Positions 17,996 through 27,616 of a DNA stretch of 64,000 nt are shown one piece after another. The first letter of the stretch is position 1. Every line of letters starts with the position of its first letter. Where the stretch lies: IMG/VR virus record IMGVR_UViG_3300022939_001737, positions 1 through 64,000 of that record, one strand, 5' to 3'. Made by a program: the position numbers and the translations under genes. Under the pieces are notes generated by a model. It did no database searches, had not been told where the DNA came from, and was given only the letters and a program-made list of their open reading frames with translations. Source of the DNA: a virus.

Positions 17996-18899
17996 TCCAA
18001 TAAGCTTCTGTTCTTTCTGCCATTAGGTCTTTCTTTTTGCTATGCCCTTCGAACTTTCGATCACCTTTCATATGATCCATCCATTTACCTAGTGCGCTAT
18101 TAATTAATGGATGTCCTCCGCCGCCGGTCTTGGCAGTTTTATTGTATATGTTAGCACTGTAATCTAATGCAGTATCCTTGAAGTCTGCAAAATCATTGTT
18201 CAATAATTCTCCAAACACATAGCTGTCGTGCCATTCTTCTAGGGTAAAGATACCATTGTCTGCATCTTCATACATACGTTCAAATTCTTCTACAAAACTG
18301 CAACCAACAGGATGATTCATATTAATACCGTAGAATCCACACTCAGGCCAAGTTTGTGATCCTTTACCTCTGCCAACATATGTTAACCAATTGTTATACG
18401 GTAGTAGTTCTTCAAACTGTTTAAAGCTCCAAGGACTATGTATATATGTGTCTGCATCCATCCAAACAATCCATCTACCTGTTCCGTAGTTTTTTGCACA
18501 AGCATCAAATACAGCATATGTTTTATTTGCAAAACGTATAGCGTGCCATTTAAAATCTTTATGCCAGTCTCGCGGACGTTTTGCTTTTATATGATCGGGC
18601 GGAATACCATTTGCTTTAGGATCATCTTTCCAACGCTCTTTAAAAGCATTTAGTTTTGGTAATTCTTGTTTTGCATCGAGTATAGTAATTTGATTTGGAT
18701 CAGGATTTACTGGAATACAATCCTCTGCATAAACTACTAATTTGATACCTTTTGCAACATTTTGAGCAAAACTATCTATAAAACGTTGTCCGTATACTTT
18801 CATTCCTTCTGGATGAAAGGTTGTTATTACTATTATTTCTTGGCCCATTTTCTTAAATGTCTCCACGCTGTTCCGTCCTTTAATTCGTCTAGTGTCCAA
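17985..18899 (-). CDS. GT-A-type glycosyltransferase
   Basis: WMDAD DxD motif, ECGF, WHDS. The true start is probably MGQE near 18848. Confidence 0.65.
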   Translation of the reverse strand: MDTRRIKGRNSVETFKKMGQEIIVITTFHPEGMKVYGQRFIDSFAQNVAKGIKLVVYAEDCIPVNPDPNQITILDAKQELPKLNAFKERWKDDPKANGIPPDHIKAKRPRDWHKDFKWHAIRFANKTYAVFDACAKNYGTGRWIVWMDADTYIHSPWSFKQFEELLPYNNWLTYVGRGKGSQTWPECGFYGINMNHPVGCSFVEEFERMYEDADNGIFTLEEWHDSYVFGELLNNDFADFKDTALDYSANIYNKTAKTGGGGHPLINSALGKWMDHMKGDRKFEGHSKKKDLMAERTEAYWNEI

Positions 18900-19765
18900 T
18901 GCATTTGTGCCATTTTATGTATCCACGTTTCTCTATCGAATTCTCTTAAATTTTCTATTTCAGCAAGTTTATGATGTGACACTTCTGCTGCCTGACTTCT
19001 TGCAGGATCTAATACAATAGTAGGTATTCCTTCTATTGCTGCTGCAACTGCCGGACTGCTATTATAATTTATTACACAGTGCGCATTTGCAAAATCGGAT
19101 AATATGTTTGCGTGATTACTTATAATAACATTAGGTAATCTATATCTAACCAACATACGTTTATGATTTAGTGCTCCTTTATCACCAGGATGAAATCTTA
19201 CAACAATTCTTCTATCACTCACTTTTCTTATCTGTGTAATTGTCTTGACTAGCCAAGGCATTAAAGCACTGCCTCTCATACTCCAGCCACCGTCTCTTTG
19301 ACAGCAAATTACAATGTCGCCGCCGTGGAATTTGTAGGGTTTCATTTTTATACCAAGACGGTCTTTTATAAGTTGCCAGCGTTTAGGATCAGGTTCTTCA
19401 TTGCAGTATTCACCTGTATCAGGAAAAATGCCATCATAACTATAACGTAAAAATTTATTTGAATTTCCAGGATCAGCATATAAGAATAAATTACTGTCTA
19501 CAATAATACTACGTTTTCCAAGTTTTTCTTGTCTCTCAAATACATTTTTCCTTAATTGTAAATGTGGACTACGTTTACTGTTTTCGTGAACAAAACCTTG
19601 CACTACTGCTACATCGCAATCTACTGGATCGTAGTCACAAACTATTTCACCTTCATCTCCGCACCGCCATACACCTTCTATAAAATTAACAATAATTTTA
19701 GGCTTTTCTGGATTTGTATTACCTGGAGGTATACCCATTAAATAAGATGCTACTTTTAAGCTCAT
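18833..19765 (-). CDS. GT-B glycosyltransferase, KpsS/KpsC-like
   Basis: IVICCQ, VVRFHPGD, INYNSSPAVAAAIEGIP, QMHWTLDE. Confidence 0.6.
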   Translation of the reverse strand: MSLKVASYLMGIPPGNTNPEKPKIIVNFIEGVWRCGDEGEIVCDYDPVDCDVAVVQGFVHENSKRSPHLQLRKNVFERQEKLGKRSIIVDSNLFLYADPGNSNKFLRYSYDGIFPDTGEYCNEEPDPKRWQLIKDRLGIKMKPYKFHGGDIVICCQRDGGWSMRGSALMPWLVKTITQIRKVSDRRIVVRFHPGDKGALNHKRMLVRYRLPNVIISNHANILSDFANAHCVINYNSSPAVAAAIEGIPTIVLDPARSQAAEVSHHKLAEIENLREFDRETWIHKMAQMHWTLDELKDGTAWRHLRKWAKK

Positions 19766-19774
19766 TTTATTTCC

Positions 19775-20596
19775 TTACATTGCATTGATTACTCTCCAAG
19801 CAAATCCACTACGCATTTCTCTTTCAGTAAACTGGCAATAACTTAGATGGCACATATATGCCATCATTTCATCTTTATCAGGAACTTTTGGATTCTCTAT
19901 ATTTTCTAATTTTGTTTCGCACACTAATTGTGCCGAATTAGGGCCTAATGTAATTGCTGCTCTTCCCTCCATTAATGCTTCAGTAGCAGCAATACTATTG
20001 TATGTTACTAAACAATGTACGTCATCTGCTAAAGCATCTTGTATTGTGTTTGTAGTTACACGTTCTGCTCTAATAGGTTTCATACGTATTTCAATTGGAC
20101 GATCAGTAAGTTTTTTTATTTCTTTTACAATATTAGTTGTCCATTCTTCTGCTGTGCCTTGCCCAAATAAATTCATAACTTTGTCACTTGGGGGACATAT
20201 CATTATCTTTCTGCCAGGCATAATAGGTTTATATTCATAATTACATAATTTGATTCTGTCAGCTGGCCTAGGAATAATAGGTCCCATATTTTGAACTGCG
20301 TTTTTTGTTATTCTATGCCAAATTTTATGCTTAATATGATTACCAAAATATCCTGTATCTATAGCATAAAATTCTCTACCAGATGCCCAACAGCTTTTTA
20401 TAGCCTTTTGACTTCCACCACCTAAACCTCTAATTACAAGAGTGTGATCAGTTTCTTCTTCGTTTTCCCAATTTGATTCTAACTTTTCCTCTGGTACTCC
20501 TTCTAGAAAAGCTGTTAGGTAAGGATCATAATCCCAACCTTTTTTGAAATAATTATTACCGCCAGTACTGTCTATAGCTGCAACTTTATTACCCAT
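19775..20596 (-). CDS. GT-B glycosyltransferase, KpsS/KpsC-like paralogue
   Basis: IDTGYF, IEIRMKP, VTYNSIAATEALMEG, YCQFT..EM.SG.AW. Confidence 0.55.
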   Translation of the reverse strand: MGNKVAAIDSTGGNNYFKKGWDYDPYLTAFLEGVPEEKLESNWENEEETDHTLVIRGLGGGSQKAIKSCWASGREFYAIDTGYFGNHIKHKIWHRITKNAVQNMGPIIPRPADRIKLCNYEYKPIMPGRKIMICPPSDKVMNLFGQGTAEEWTTNIVKEIKKLTDRPIEIRMKPIRAERVTTNTIQDALADDVHCLVTYNSIAATEALMEGRAAITLGPNSAQLVCETKLENIENPKVPDKDEMMAYMCHLSYCQFTEREMRSGFAWRVINAM

Positions 20597-21263
20597 TCAT
20601 CATATCCGCTAGTTCTTGTTTCCATAGATTGCTAAATTCGCAATTCCTATAGTTTTCGAACCACGGTCCTCCTTCAGTATAATGTATTAATTTTGGCATT
20701 TCTACATCGTCATAAACACCAACAAGATAATTCCAAGTGTGATCCAATTCTCCAATTTCTTCATCTTTTAACCAACTAAATCTGTGCAAGTAGGCTCCAT
20801 TGATTTCTGGATCGTTTACTAGATCCATTGTAAGTTTTGCATTGCTAGGATGCGCACAGTTAAACAACATTACACTTGACCAGTTTTTACGTGGGTAGAT
20901 AGTTTGTTTTTGTCCATCCATCTTTGTGCCTTCTTTAGGTGTGTAATCGTGCTGTACACACATTACTGCATACTTGTCGTCTGCTTGATCAAACAGTTCT
21001 TTTATATCTGTAGTTAAGATCATATCGCAGTCCATAAACAATGCCCAACCTTTAAAGTTAGTTAGTTCAGGAATAAGAAAACGTGTGAATGTAAATTCTG
21101 TACTAGCAAGTTTATCCAGACTGCGTGTATACCATCCTGCATCTCTTAGTTCTTGCTGTTTTAATGGACGCACATCTGCATCCGGTTGCTTGTTTAGAAT
21201 ACTATGCTTACAAACTTGATACGCTATATCTTCTCTTGTGTCATATCCTACAAATACTTTCAT
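20589..21263 (-). CDS. GT-A glycosyltransferase (GT8-like)
   Basis: VGYD.RE, STEFTFTRF, FMDCD, KNWSS, WNYLVG, HYTEGGP. Confidence 0.8.
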   Translation of the reverse strand: MKVFVGYDTREDIAYQVCKHSILNKQPDADVRPLKQQELRDAGWYTRSLDKLASTEFTFTRFLIPELTNFKGWALFMDCDMILTTDIKELFDQADDKYAVMCVQHDYTPKEGTKMDGQKQTIYPRKNWSSVMLFNCAHPSNAKLTMDLVNDPEINGAYLHRFSWLKDEEIGELDHTWNYLVGVYDDVEMPKLIHYTEGGPWFENYRNCEFSNLWKQELADMMNG

Positions 21264-22024
21264 TAATCACGCCTTTCTATATCTTCTTCTATACACTCGT
21301 CACCCCATTGCACTTCGAGTACGTGTGCATTTGTGTCTCCAGGATTTGATGCTTTATGCCAAACTTCTTTTCCAATTGTGTACGTCATTGTACTTGGTTT
21401 CAGATGCAAACTATCTTGTAACCCGTTATATTCTGTATCCATTTTGACAACACCTTCTAGTATTTTCCATTCTTCTAAACGCTTGAAATGTTTTTGGTCA
21501 CTAAGTCCTTTACCAGGATAAATTACAAGTTCTTTTACTTTATAACCTTTTTCAGGTTTATAATCGAGTACACGCCAGTATCCCCAATCACGTTCAGTCT
21601 TTTGTGTTTTCCATTCGTCTAGTATCCAGCTGCTTGAGTTTGCTTTGTTTTCACCGCCTACACCGAAAACAAATTCAACATCTGTATATTTCATCTCCGG
21701 TATGTTAATTCTAGTTCTATCTCCCCCGTTTGCAAATATTACTTTTGTTTGGCTGCCTTTAGTAGACAATACTCTAAAGATTGCGTTATTTGCTGTATCA
21801 TCTTCGTCATTAAATCCTATAACTTCATCTACACATTTTATTTCTCTTATAATAGCGCAACGTTCTTCAAACGGCATAAATGGTCTTCCTTTTTTCCTTG
21901 TTAACCAAGCATCGCTATTAACTCCGACTACTAAATGATCACCTAATTCTCGTGCTGCTTTGAAATAATCAATATGACCCGAGTGTAGAGGATCGAATCC
22001 TCCAGTAACTAAAACAACTTTCAT
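21263..22024 (-). CDS. cytidylyltransferase-like domain fused to a mannose-6-P-isomerase-type cupin
   Basis: N-terminal GGFDPLHSGH, ANGGDR, SSS. C-terminal RDWG..KVKEL...SDQKH. Confidence 0.85.
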   Translation of the reverse strand: MKVVLVTGGFDPLHSGHIDYFKAARELGDHLVVGVNSDAWLTRKKGRPFMPFEERCAIIREIKCVDEVIGFNDEDDTANNAIFRVLSTKGSQTKVIFANGGDRTRINIPEMKYTDVEFVFGVGGENKANSSSWILDEWKTQKTERDWGYWRVLDYKPEKGYKVKELVIYPGKGLSDQKHFKRLEEWKILEGVVKMDTEYNGLQDSLHLKPSTMTYTIGKEVWHKASNPGDTNAHVLEVQWGDECIEEDIERRD

Positions 22025-22029
22025 ACTGG

Positions 22030-22058
22030 TATTTATATGCGTATATTACTGCTAAATA
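22030..22058. promoter_or_regulatory. divergent late-type TAAATA boxes
   Basis: TATAAATA on - (22030-22037) 5 nt from ATG 22024. TAAATA on + (22053-22058) 5 nt from ATG 22064. Confidence 0.6.
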
Positions 22059-22063
22059 AATTT

Positions 22064-22702
22064 ATGAGTTATATATTACCTACCCAGCAGATAGTTTTTA
22101 TTCATATACCTAAAACCGCAGGCGCAAGTGTAATAAACAGTTTTGCAGGTGAAAAAGTATTAATTCCGAACAGTAGAACAAAAAATCAAAATTATCATAG
22201 TACTCTTCAAGATGCATTAAACTTCAAAGATGTTGATCATTATTTTAAGTTTACTGTTGTAAGAAATCCTTGGCATAGAATAGTAAGTTGGTATACATTT
22301 AGGCGGAGAATTTTAGAGCTTAGTTTGAAAAGGTTTGCAAAAAATGTTCCTGTCAAAAAAGTTGTAAATGATCAAAAAATTATTGCAGACGAATACAGTT
22401 CAATGCAAAACTTCCATAAATGGCTTCCTGATTACATAGAAAAACCTTGGGACTTTACTTGGTTTTCGTTAAAGGATAATCAAATAGACTGGATAGACAA
22501 TATTGACAGTGTTGATAAAATATTTAGATTTGAAACACTAGGAAGAGATTTTACTAACCATTTTAATCTTACGTTGCCTAAGAAAAATGTATCCACACAC
22601 AAAAGCTTTGATTGGCGTAGTCTATATAATACAGATACTATAAAACTTGTAGAGAAAGTTTACGAAAAAGATATTGATGTATTCAAGTATACATTTAAAT
22701 AG
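22064..22702 (+). CDS. sulfotransferase family 2 protein
   Basis: 5'-PSB FIHIPKTAGAS, 3'-PB VRNPW.RIVS, RFETL, YEKD. Probable start MSY at 22064. Confidence 0.85.
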   Translation: MSYILPTQQIVFIHIPKTAGASVINSFAGEKVLIPNSRTKNQNYHSTLQDALNFKDVDHYFKFTVVRNPWHRIVSWYTFRRRILELSLKRFAKNVPVKKVVNDQKIIADEYSSMQNFHKWLPDYIEKPWDFTWFSLKDNQIDWIDNIDSVDKIFRFETLGRDFTNHFNLTLPKKNVSTHKSFDWRSLYNTDTIKLVEKVYEKDIDVFKYTFK

Positions 22703-23318
22703 GCTTATAAACTCTTTCTTCTTCAAAAGTTGTAAACAATTTATAGCCTAATGAGTGCATAAAGTTTTCTAAGTCTTCTAAGGTATAATTAAATCTAGTT
22801 GCACACTTATCAAAAAATTCTAAAACAACAATAGGTTTGCATTTTTTTATTGTATTAACTGCACCTTTTAGTGCAAAATATTCATAACCTTCTATATCTA
22901 AATGTATTAGATTACATTCTTCTAGGCCTAAATCATCTATGAGCATAGTTGGTATTTTGCCAATGCCGCGCACATAGTTTTTTCCTCTATTGCCTTCTTT
23001 AATATGTAAGTCAACTAGTCCTCTTTTGTCTCCGATACAAGCTTGATACTTGAATACATTTTGTGTATCTGCATTTTGTGTCAAACAATAAAAATTAAGA
23101 GGTTCTGGCTCAAATGTGTATACCCATTTAAAGTGTTTTGCATATTCTTTTACATAATATCCTGCATTGCCGCCTGCCTGTACAATAACGTTTTTTTGAT
23201 CTACCAATGCACAAATTTTTTGCGGTAAGTCGGCGTGTGTCAACATATAATTCCAACACTTTGTATCAGTCTTTGGCCATATGTAGTCTTGTCTATTTTC
23301 TAACAAGTTTCGCATCAT
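22695..23318 (-). CDS. FkbM-family SAM methyltransferase
   Basis: QAGGNAG, FEP, LDIEGYE..ALKGA. Confidence 0.85.
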   Translation of the reverse strand: MMRNLLENRQDYIWPKTDTKCWNYMLTHADLPQKICALVDQKNVIVQAGGNAGYYVKEYAKHFKWVYTFEPEPLNFYCLTQNADTQNVFKYQACIGDKRGLVDLHIKEGNRGKNYVRGIGKIPTMLIDDLGLEECNLIHLDIEGYEYFALKGAVNTIKKCKPIVVLEFFDKCATRFNYTLEDLENFMHSLGYKLFTTFEEERVYKPI

Positions 23319-24006
23319 CTATTGTTCCTTCTAGTCCTTGTGTCAAACTATGTGTTTTTATATTGTCGCCTATACTATAAAAAGGGTGCAATCTTGCTAG
23401 ACTTGGTACTGTAGTATTTGTGTTTAACACCCAATCACCTATTTGTTGGTCAGCTGTTACGTGCCCGTGTTGTCTAATATGTTTTATAAGTTTATGGGCA
23501 CCTTCTGGTTTTAAGATGTAAGCATATGCTCCTTTGAAGTAATTTCCTGTACCAATCTTATAGGGATTTTTTGGACTTTGGTTTACATATTTTTCTATCT
23601 GTAGTTCTGTATCTTTTTCTTCGTCAAGTAGTTGATTGTATTTTTTGCTATAAGGATCTAATCTGTCTAATTTTAAAACGTCTTCAAATTGATCGCAAAT
23701 AGTATTACCGAAAGGACGTAAAATATATCCATCGTGTTCTAGTATACACATAGGTTCACCTTGCTTCAAACATTCTAGCCACAGATAATAGTGACTAAAA
23801 AAGCATCCGCGGACACCTAGTTTTCCTTTTTTAAATTTTCTTTTAGGTTGTATGCCAGTTGCATAATAATGCTTTTTCCAATCTTTACCGTTTATTGCTT
23901 TAAAATATTTTGGTTTTAGTCCGTGTATTTTTGCTTGTTCAAAACACTCCTGGGCCATTCTACAAGAGTGTTCATTTTCTTCTAATCTAATTATGTATGT
24001 TATCAT
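23293..24006 (-). CDS. glycosyltransferase family 25-like
   Basis: YIIRL, AING, GCFFSHY.LW, ILEHD, GAYAY. Confidence 0.8.
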   Translation of the reverse strand: MITYIIRLEENEHSCRMAQECFEQAKIHGLKPKYFKAINGKDWKKHYYATGIQPKRKFKKGKLGVRGCFFSHYYLWLECLKQGEPMCILEHDGYILRPFGNTICDQFEDVLKLDRLDPYSKKYNQLLDEEKDTELQIEKYVNQSPKNPYKIGTGNYFKGAYAYILKPEGAHKLIKHIRQHGHVTADQQIGDWVLNTNTTVPSLARLHPFYSIGDNIKTHSLTQGLEGTIDDAKLVRK

Positions 24007-24668
24007 AGATTATCAATTGCTGTTTGTAAACTTACAACTTTTCTTTGAATGTTACCTTTACGAATAGCAAAACTCCTGTGTGTATTATCAAATGTTTTGT
24101 AGTTAGATCTTTTTCCAAAAACGTGCATTTCCGGAAGTTGGGCTACATTATAATTATCGTATATATGAGTTCTTACTTGTACATCTGAATCCCACTGTAA
24201 TTTATTTTTTAGTACCGATAATGCTACTTTGTTAATATCGGCAATAATATCACTCCGTAAAATTAACATTGCCATTCCGCCTTCAGTACCGTCTTTTTTA
24301 GTTCGTGTAATATTAATTGCGTGGTTAGTTTTAAACAACTCGTTTATTTTTTCTTGGTTTATTTTTTTAATTGCAATTATGTCTACATCAGAAACTACAA
24401 CATTTTGTTCTGCTTCTGGAATACTAAACCATCTTGCAAGTGCATAAAAACCTCTTGCATTAGAATTATCTGATTTATAAGTATTTTTTATATCTTCAAA
24501 GGTTATATGTGTATTTGTAATAAAATTAATATTATTATTTTGTGGAAGATTTAGTCCTACATAATGCAAAGACAATTCGCATTTAGGATAAAATTTTTTT
24601 ATAGTATGACTATAAAAATGATAAAATGTATTATAATAGATAGGATCAGTGGCTGTATGAAAAATCAA
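24003..24668 (-). CDS. putative GT-A glycosyltransferase
   Basis: ARW...VVSDVD DxD, WDSD. AT-rich; lies in the glycan cluster. Confidence 0.5.
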   Translation of the reverse strand: MIFHTATDPIYYNTFYHFYSHTIKKFYPKCELSLHYVGLNLPQNNNINFITNTHITFEDIKNTYKSDNSNARGFYALARWFSIPEAEQNVVVSDVDIIAIKKINQEKINELFKTNHAINITRTKKDGTEGGMAMLILRSDIIADINKVALSVLKNKLQWDSDVQVRTHIYDNYNVAQLPEMHVFGKRSNYKTFDNTHRSFAIRKGNIQRKVVSLQTAIDNL

Positions 24669-25120
24669 AGAGTGGCATCCTCCATACCTGCTACTCTTAG
24701 TTTTACAACGTTAGTAATTTGCCATTGCTTTTGATCAAGTGCTTTGAGTACACCTAACCATTTGTTACGCATTAGTGCAAATTCGTTAATAATTTTTTCA
24801 TAGTCAACAACATCTGCTTCGCCGTCAACATATTTTTCAACATCGCGGCTAGACAGAGCTCGTTGATAGTTTTCAAGATACTTTTTAAAATATGAGCTAC
24901 GCAACCTGCGTAGCTCAATATTCAAATAGTTTAGTATAGCTTCTATTTCTTGTAATTGATTAAAACGATGTTCAACAATACCGGGCATAGCAGCAGCTGA
25001 TTTTTCTACATTACCAACTAGCTTACATTCTTGACGAGCATCTGTCATCTCTTTTTCAAAATGTAATATTGCATCAGGAATTTTTGAAATATCTCTAGAT
25101 ATCTCTGAGTACCATCCCAT
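24665..25120 (-). CDS. uvsY: recombination mediator (UvsY-like)
   Basis: Helical; YVDGEAD, ..KQWQITNVVKLR.AG. Lies downstream of uvsX. Probable start MGWY at 25120. Confidence 0.7.
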   Translation of the reverse strand: MGWYSEISRDISKIPDAILHFEKEMTDARQECKLVGNVEKSAAAMPGIVEHRFNQLQEIEAILNYLNIELRRLRSSYFKKYLENYQRALSSRDVEKYVDGEADVVDYEKIINEFALMRNKWLGVLKALDQKQWQITNVVKLRVAGMEDATL

Positions 25121-25359
25121 TAGTAATCCCAATCCTCGTCATTTTCGTCAGCATCATAATCAATAGATTCAATTTCTAAGTAGTAATAGATAGCTTCGTC
25201 TAATACACTATCATTACCAAGGACTTCTTTAAATGATTGATCACTTATTCCATAATCTGCGCATAAGTCGACAAACTTTTCGGCTGCTGCTTCCATATGT
25301 TTTTTATCTAGGTATTCTTTAAAGCACATCCAAACTTCAGCTATTTGTTCTTCATTCAT
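25120..25359 (-). CDS. hypothetical acidic protein
   Basis: 79-aa ORF coupled between uvsX and uvsY. Confidence 0.65.
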   Translation of the reverse strand: MNEEQIAEVWMCFKEYLDKKHMEAAAEKFVDLCADYGISDQSFKEVLGNDSVLDEAIYYYLEIESIDYDADENDEDWDY

Positions 25360-26446
25360 TGGCTACAATTTCCTCGTCAAGGTTATCCTGCACTGCTTCT
25401 TCGTCAGTGTTGTCGATATTTACCACAGAAGCTTCTTTTTCGAGGTAATCTGACATAACCTTATCGAGTAAATCGCCTTTCCAATTTTTGCGATATTCTA
25501 ATAGTTCTTCGCCGTCAAGTGTTGTATACTTAAGACGATTGCCTTGTTTTTCAATAACACCTTTTGCTTCAAACAGTTCAAGTAGTCCGCTATAAGGATT
25601 CATACCTGTTTCGTATGGAATCTTTACCTGCACACCCTCAAACGGTTTAGCATAACGTGTTTTCATAACTTTACAGCCTGCACGAATACCTCGCACTTCG
25701 CTGATCTTGTTGCCATCTTCATCTTCTTTTAGTTTTAGTTTTTTCATTGCTACAACAATTGAAGATGCATAGATAAATCCTTGACCACCTGATATTTTAT
25801 CATCTGGATCAAACATATCTTGCGATGCATATGTGTGGTTAGTACATACAAGTCCTACATTGTGAGAACCAATCATATTAACTGTATTACGAACAAGTGA
25901 AGTTAATGCCTTAGGCTTACGACCCATATCACCTTTCATATCACCCTTGTTAAACTGATCAACATCTGTAGGTGTTAGCAACATACCCAAACTATCAATA
26001 ACAAACAGTACCTTAGGACGGTCTTCTTCTGGCATTGCCTTATAGTCTGCCATAAACACACTAATAGTTTTAGCAACGTCATCAATCATTGACATATTAA
26101 GTTTAAGTAGTTTTTCTTCTGAAGTGTCTACATCAAGTGCGTGTAACCAGCTCTCATCAAGTGCATTCTCTGAGTCAATAAGAACTACAAAGATACCTTG
26201 TTCTTGTGCATACTTAACAATATTACCTGCACAAATATAAGATTTGCCTGCGCCACTTTCGCCTGCAAATACTGTTACCTTACCCATAGGAACACCTTTG
26301 TTCCAGTCACCTGAAATAAGATAATTGAGTGCATAGTTACCAGTACTAATCCAATCAGTAGGATCGTTAAATCCCGCACTCATACCTGAAATAGATTTAG
26401 TTAATGATGTTCGAAACTTTGTAGGATCGAATGCCTTATTAGCCAT
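25352..26446 (-). CDS. uvsX: RecA/UvsX recombinase
   Basis: STGNYALN, GESGAGKS, DSENA, VIDSLG, NHTY, SGG.G. Confidence 0.93.
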   Translation of the reverse strand: MANKAFDPTKFRTSLTKSISGMSAGFNDPTDWISTGNYALNYLISGDWNKGVPMGKVTVFAGESGAGKSYICAGNIVKYAQEQGIFVVLIDSENALDESWLHALDVDTSEEKLLKLNMSMIDDVAKTISVFMADYKAMPEEDRPKVLFVIDSLGMLLTPTDVDQFNKGDMKGDMGRKPKALTSLVRNTVNMIGSHNVGLVCTNHTYASQDMFDPDDKISGGQGFIYASSIVVAMKKLKLKEDEDGNKISEVRGIRAGCKVMKTRYAKPFEGVQVKIPYETGMNPYSGLLELFEAKGVIEKQGNRLKYTTLDGEELLEYRKNWKGDLLDKVMSDYLEKEASVVNIDNTDEEAVQDNLDEEIVANE

Positions 26447-26463
26447 AAATAAACTCCTAATAT

Positions 26464-26495
26464 AAAAAGTGTACGGGGTTTTACCCCCGTACTAT
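26464..26495 (-). terminator. intrinsic terminator after gp32
   Basis: TACGGGG/CCCCGTA stem followed by a T run on the - strand. Confidence 0.7.
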
Positions 26496-26499
26496 ACTA

Positions 26500-27489
26500 T
26501 TATTGTTGTTGACGTGATCTAATCATTGCAAGGATATCTTGCGCATCACCTGCTGGCGCTGCTTCAGCAGCTGGTGCTGTAGTAGGCTCTGGTGCCGCTT
26601 CTGCTACCGGAGCAGGTGCTGCTTCAGGTGCTGGTGTTGGTGCAGTTTGACTTGTTGCTGTTCCATTCGATGACGGAACATTTGGATCACCGGTACGTGC
26701 AGCCATTCCGCTTGGACGGAAATAGTTGCTCCAGCGATCTGCGTCATATGCTTCACCATCAACAGATGCTTCGAACATTTCTTGCATAACTTTTACAGCA
26801 GTTTCATCTGGCTTTTTAGGCAGGAAGTCATTAAGATCAAACAATCCATAAGTATCAATTGCAGCCATTTCTGCATCACTTAATGGACGTTCTCTACGTG
26901 CCCAGTTTGATGTGCCGTAGTCTGCATAACCGCCTTTTGAAGTTTTATTAAGACGGAAGTCTACACCAGCAGTATAATCTGTTGGCAATTCTTCCATATC
27001 AGGATCCATAAGAGCCTGCTTAATAATTTGGAAAATTTGTGGACCAATAATAAAGCGTCTGATCGGATTATCAGGTGCTTCGTCATCCGCTAGTGGATTA
27101 TCCGTTACAAAACCTTGGAAGATATATGAACGCTTCTTCCAATACTTACGACCCATATCTTCTAGACTTGGATCTTTAAACCAACCACGTACTTCATTAA
27201 GAATATTACAAGTTTCTCCGTACATTTCCATACAAGGAACTTGGACTTGTACTGGACGGCTAGAAGTATCGCCTTTTACTCCACTAAATGGAAGTTTGAT
27301 CATCAAACGTTCTTTCCAAAAGAAAGTATTGTTTTGATCGCCATCAGGTAAGAAACGCATAGTTGCGCTTTCGCCTTCTTTAATATTCCAAAATGGGTAA
27401 ATTGGGTTTGGACCGCTTGGTCCTGAATTGCCACTTGTGCGTGATTCTTGTTCTTTGAGCTTTGCTCGGATTTCTGCTAATGATGCCAT
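26500..27489 (-). CDS. single-stranded DNA-binding protein (T4 gp32-like)
   Basis: MRFLP, YWKKRSY, GVDFRLNK, YADY..S.W, and an Ala/Pro/Glu-rich tail. Confidence 0.85.
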   Translation of the reverse strand: MASLAEIRAKLKEQESRTSGNSGPSGPNPIYPFWNIKEGESATMRFLPDGDQNNTFFWKERLMIKLPFSGVKGDTSSRPVQVQVPCMEMYGETCNILNEVRGWFKDPSLEDMGRKYWKKRSYIFQGFVTDNPLADDEAPDNPIRRFIIGPQIFQIIKQALMDPDMEELPTDYTAGVDFRLNKTSKGGYADYGTSNWARRERPLSDAEMAAIDTYGLFDLNDFLPKKPDETAVKVMQEMFEASVDGEAYDADRWSNYFRPSGMAARTGDPNVPSSNGTATSQTAPTPAPEAAPAPVAEAAPEPTTAPAAEAAPAGDAQDILAMIRSRQQQ

Positions 27490-27552
27490 AGTTTGTGCCT
27501 CCTATAATGTTATGCCTATGTGCTTGTGCCTATTTCGTATAGCACATAATAT

Positions 27553-27581
27553 ACTATACGCTAGTATTTATAAAAAGTCAA
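27553..27581 (-). promoter_or_regulatory. nested sigma70 and late promoters for gp32
   Basis: TTGACT (27581-27576), 17 nt, TATAGT (27558-27553), with TATAAATA inside the spacer. Confidence 0.7.
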
Positions 27582-27616
27582 GTACTTTTTACAAATTTTT
27601 TAAAAAAACTAGCGGA

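Noticed and set aside
26550-26660. Short tandem-like DNA repeats (GCACC/GCAGC)
   Set aside because: They simply encode the Ala/Pro/Glu low-complexity linker of the gp32 tail.
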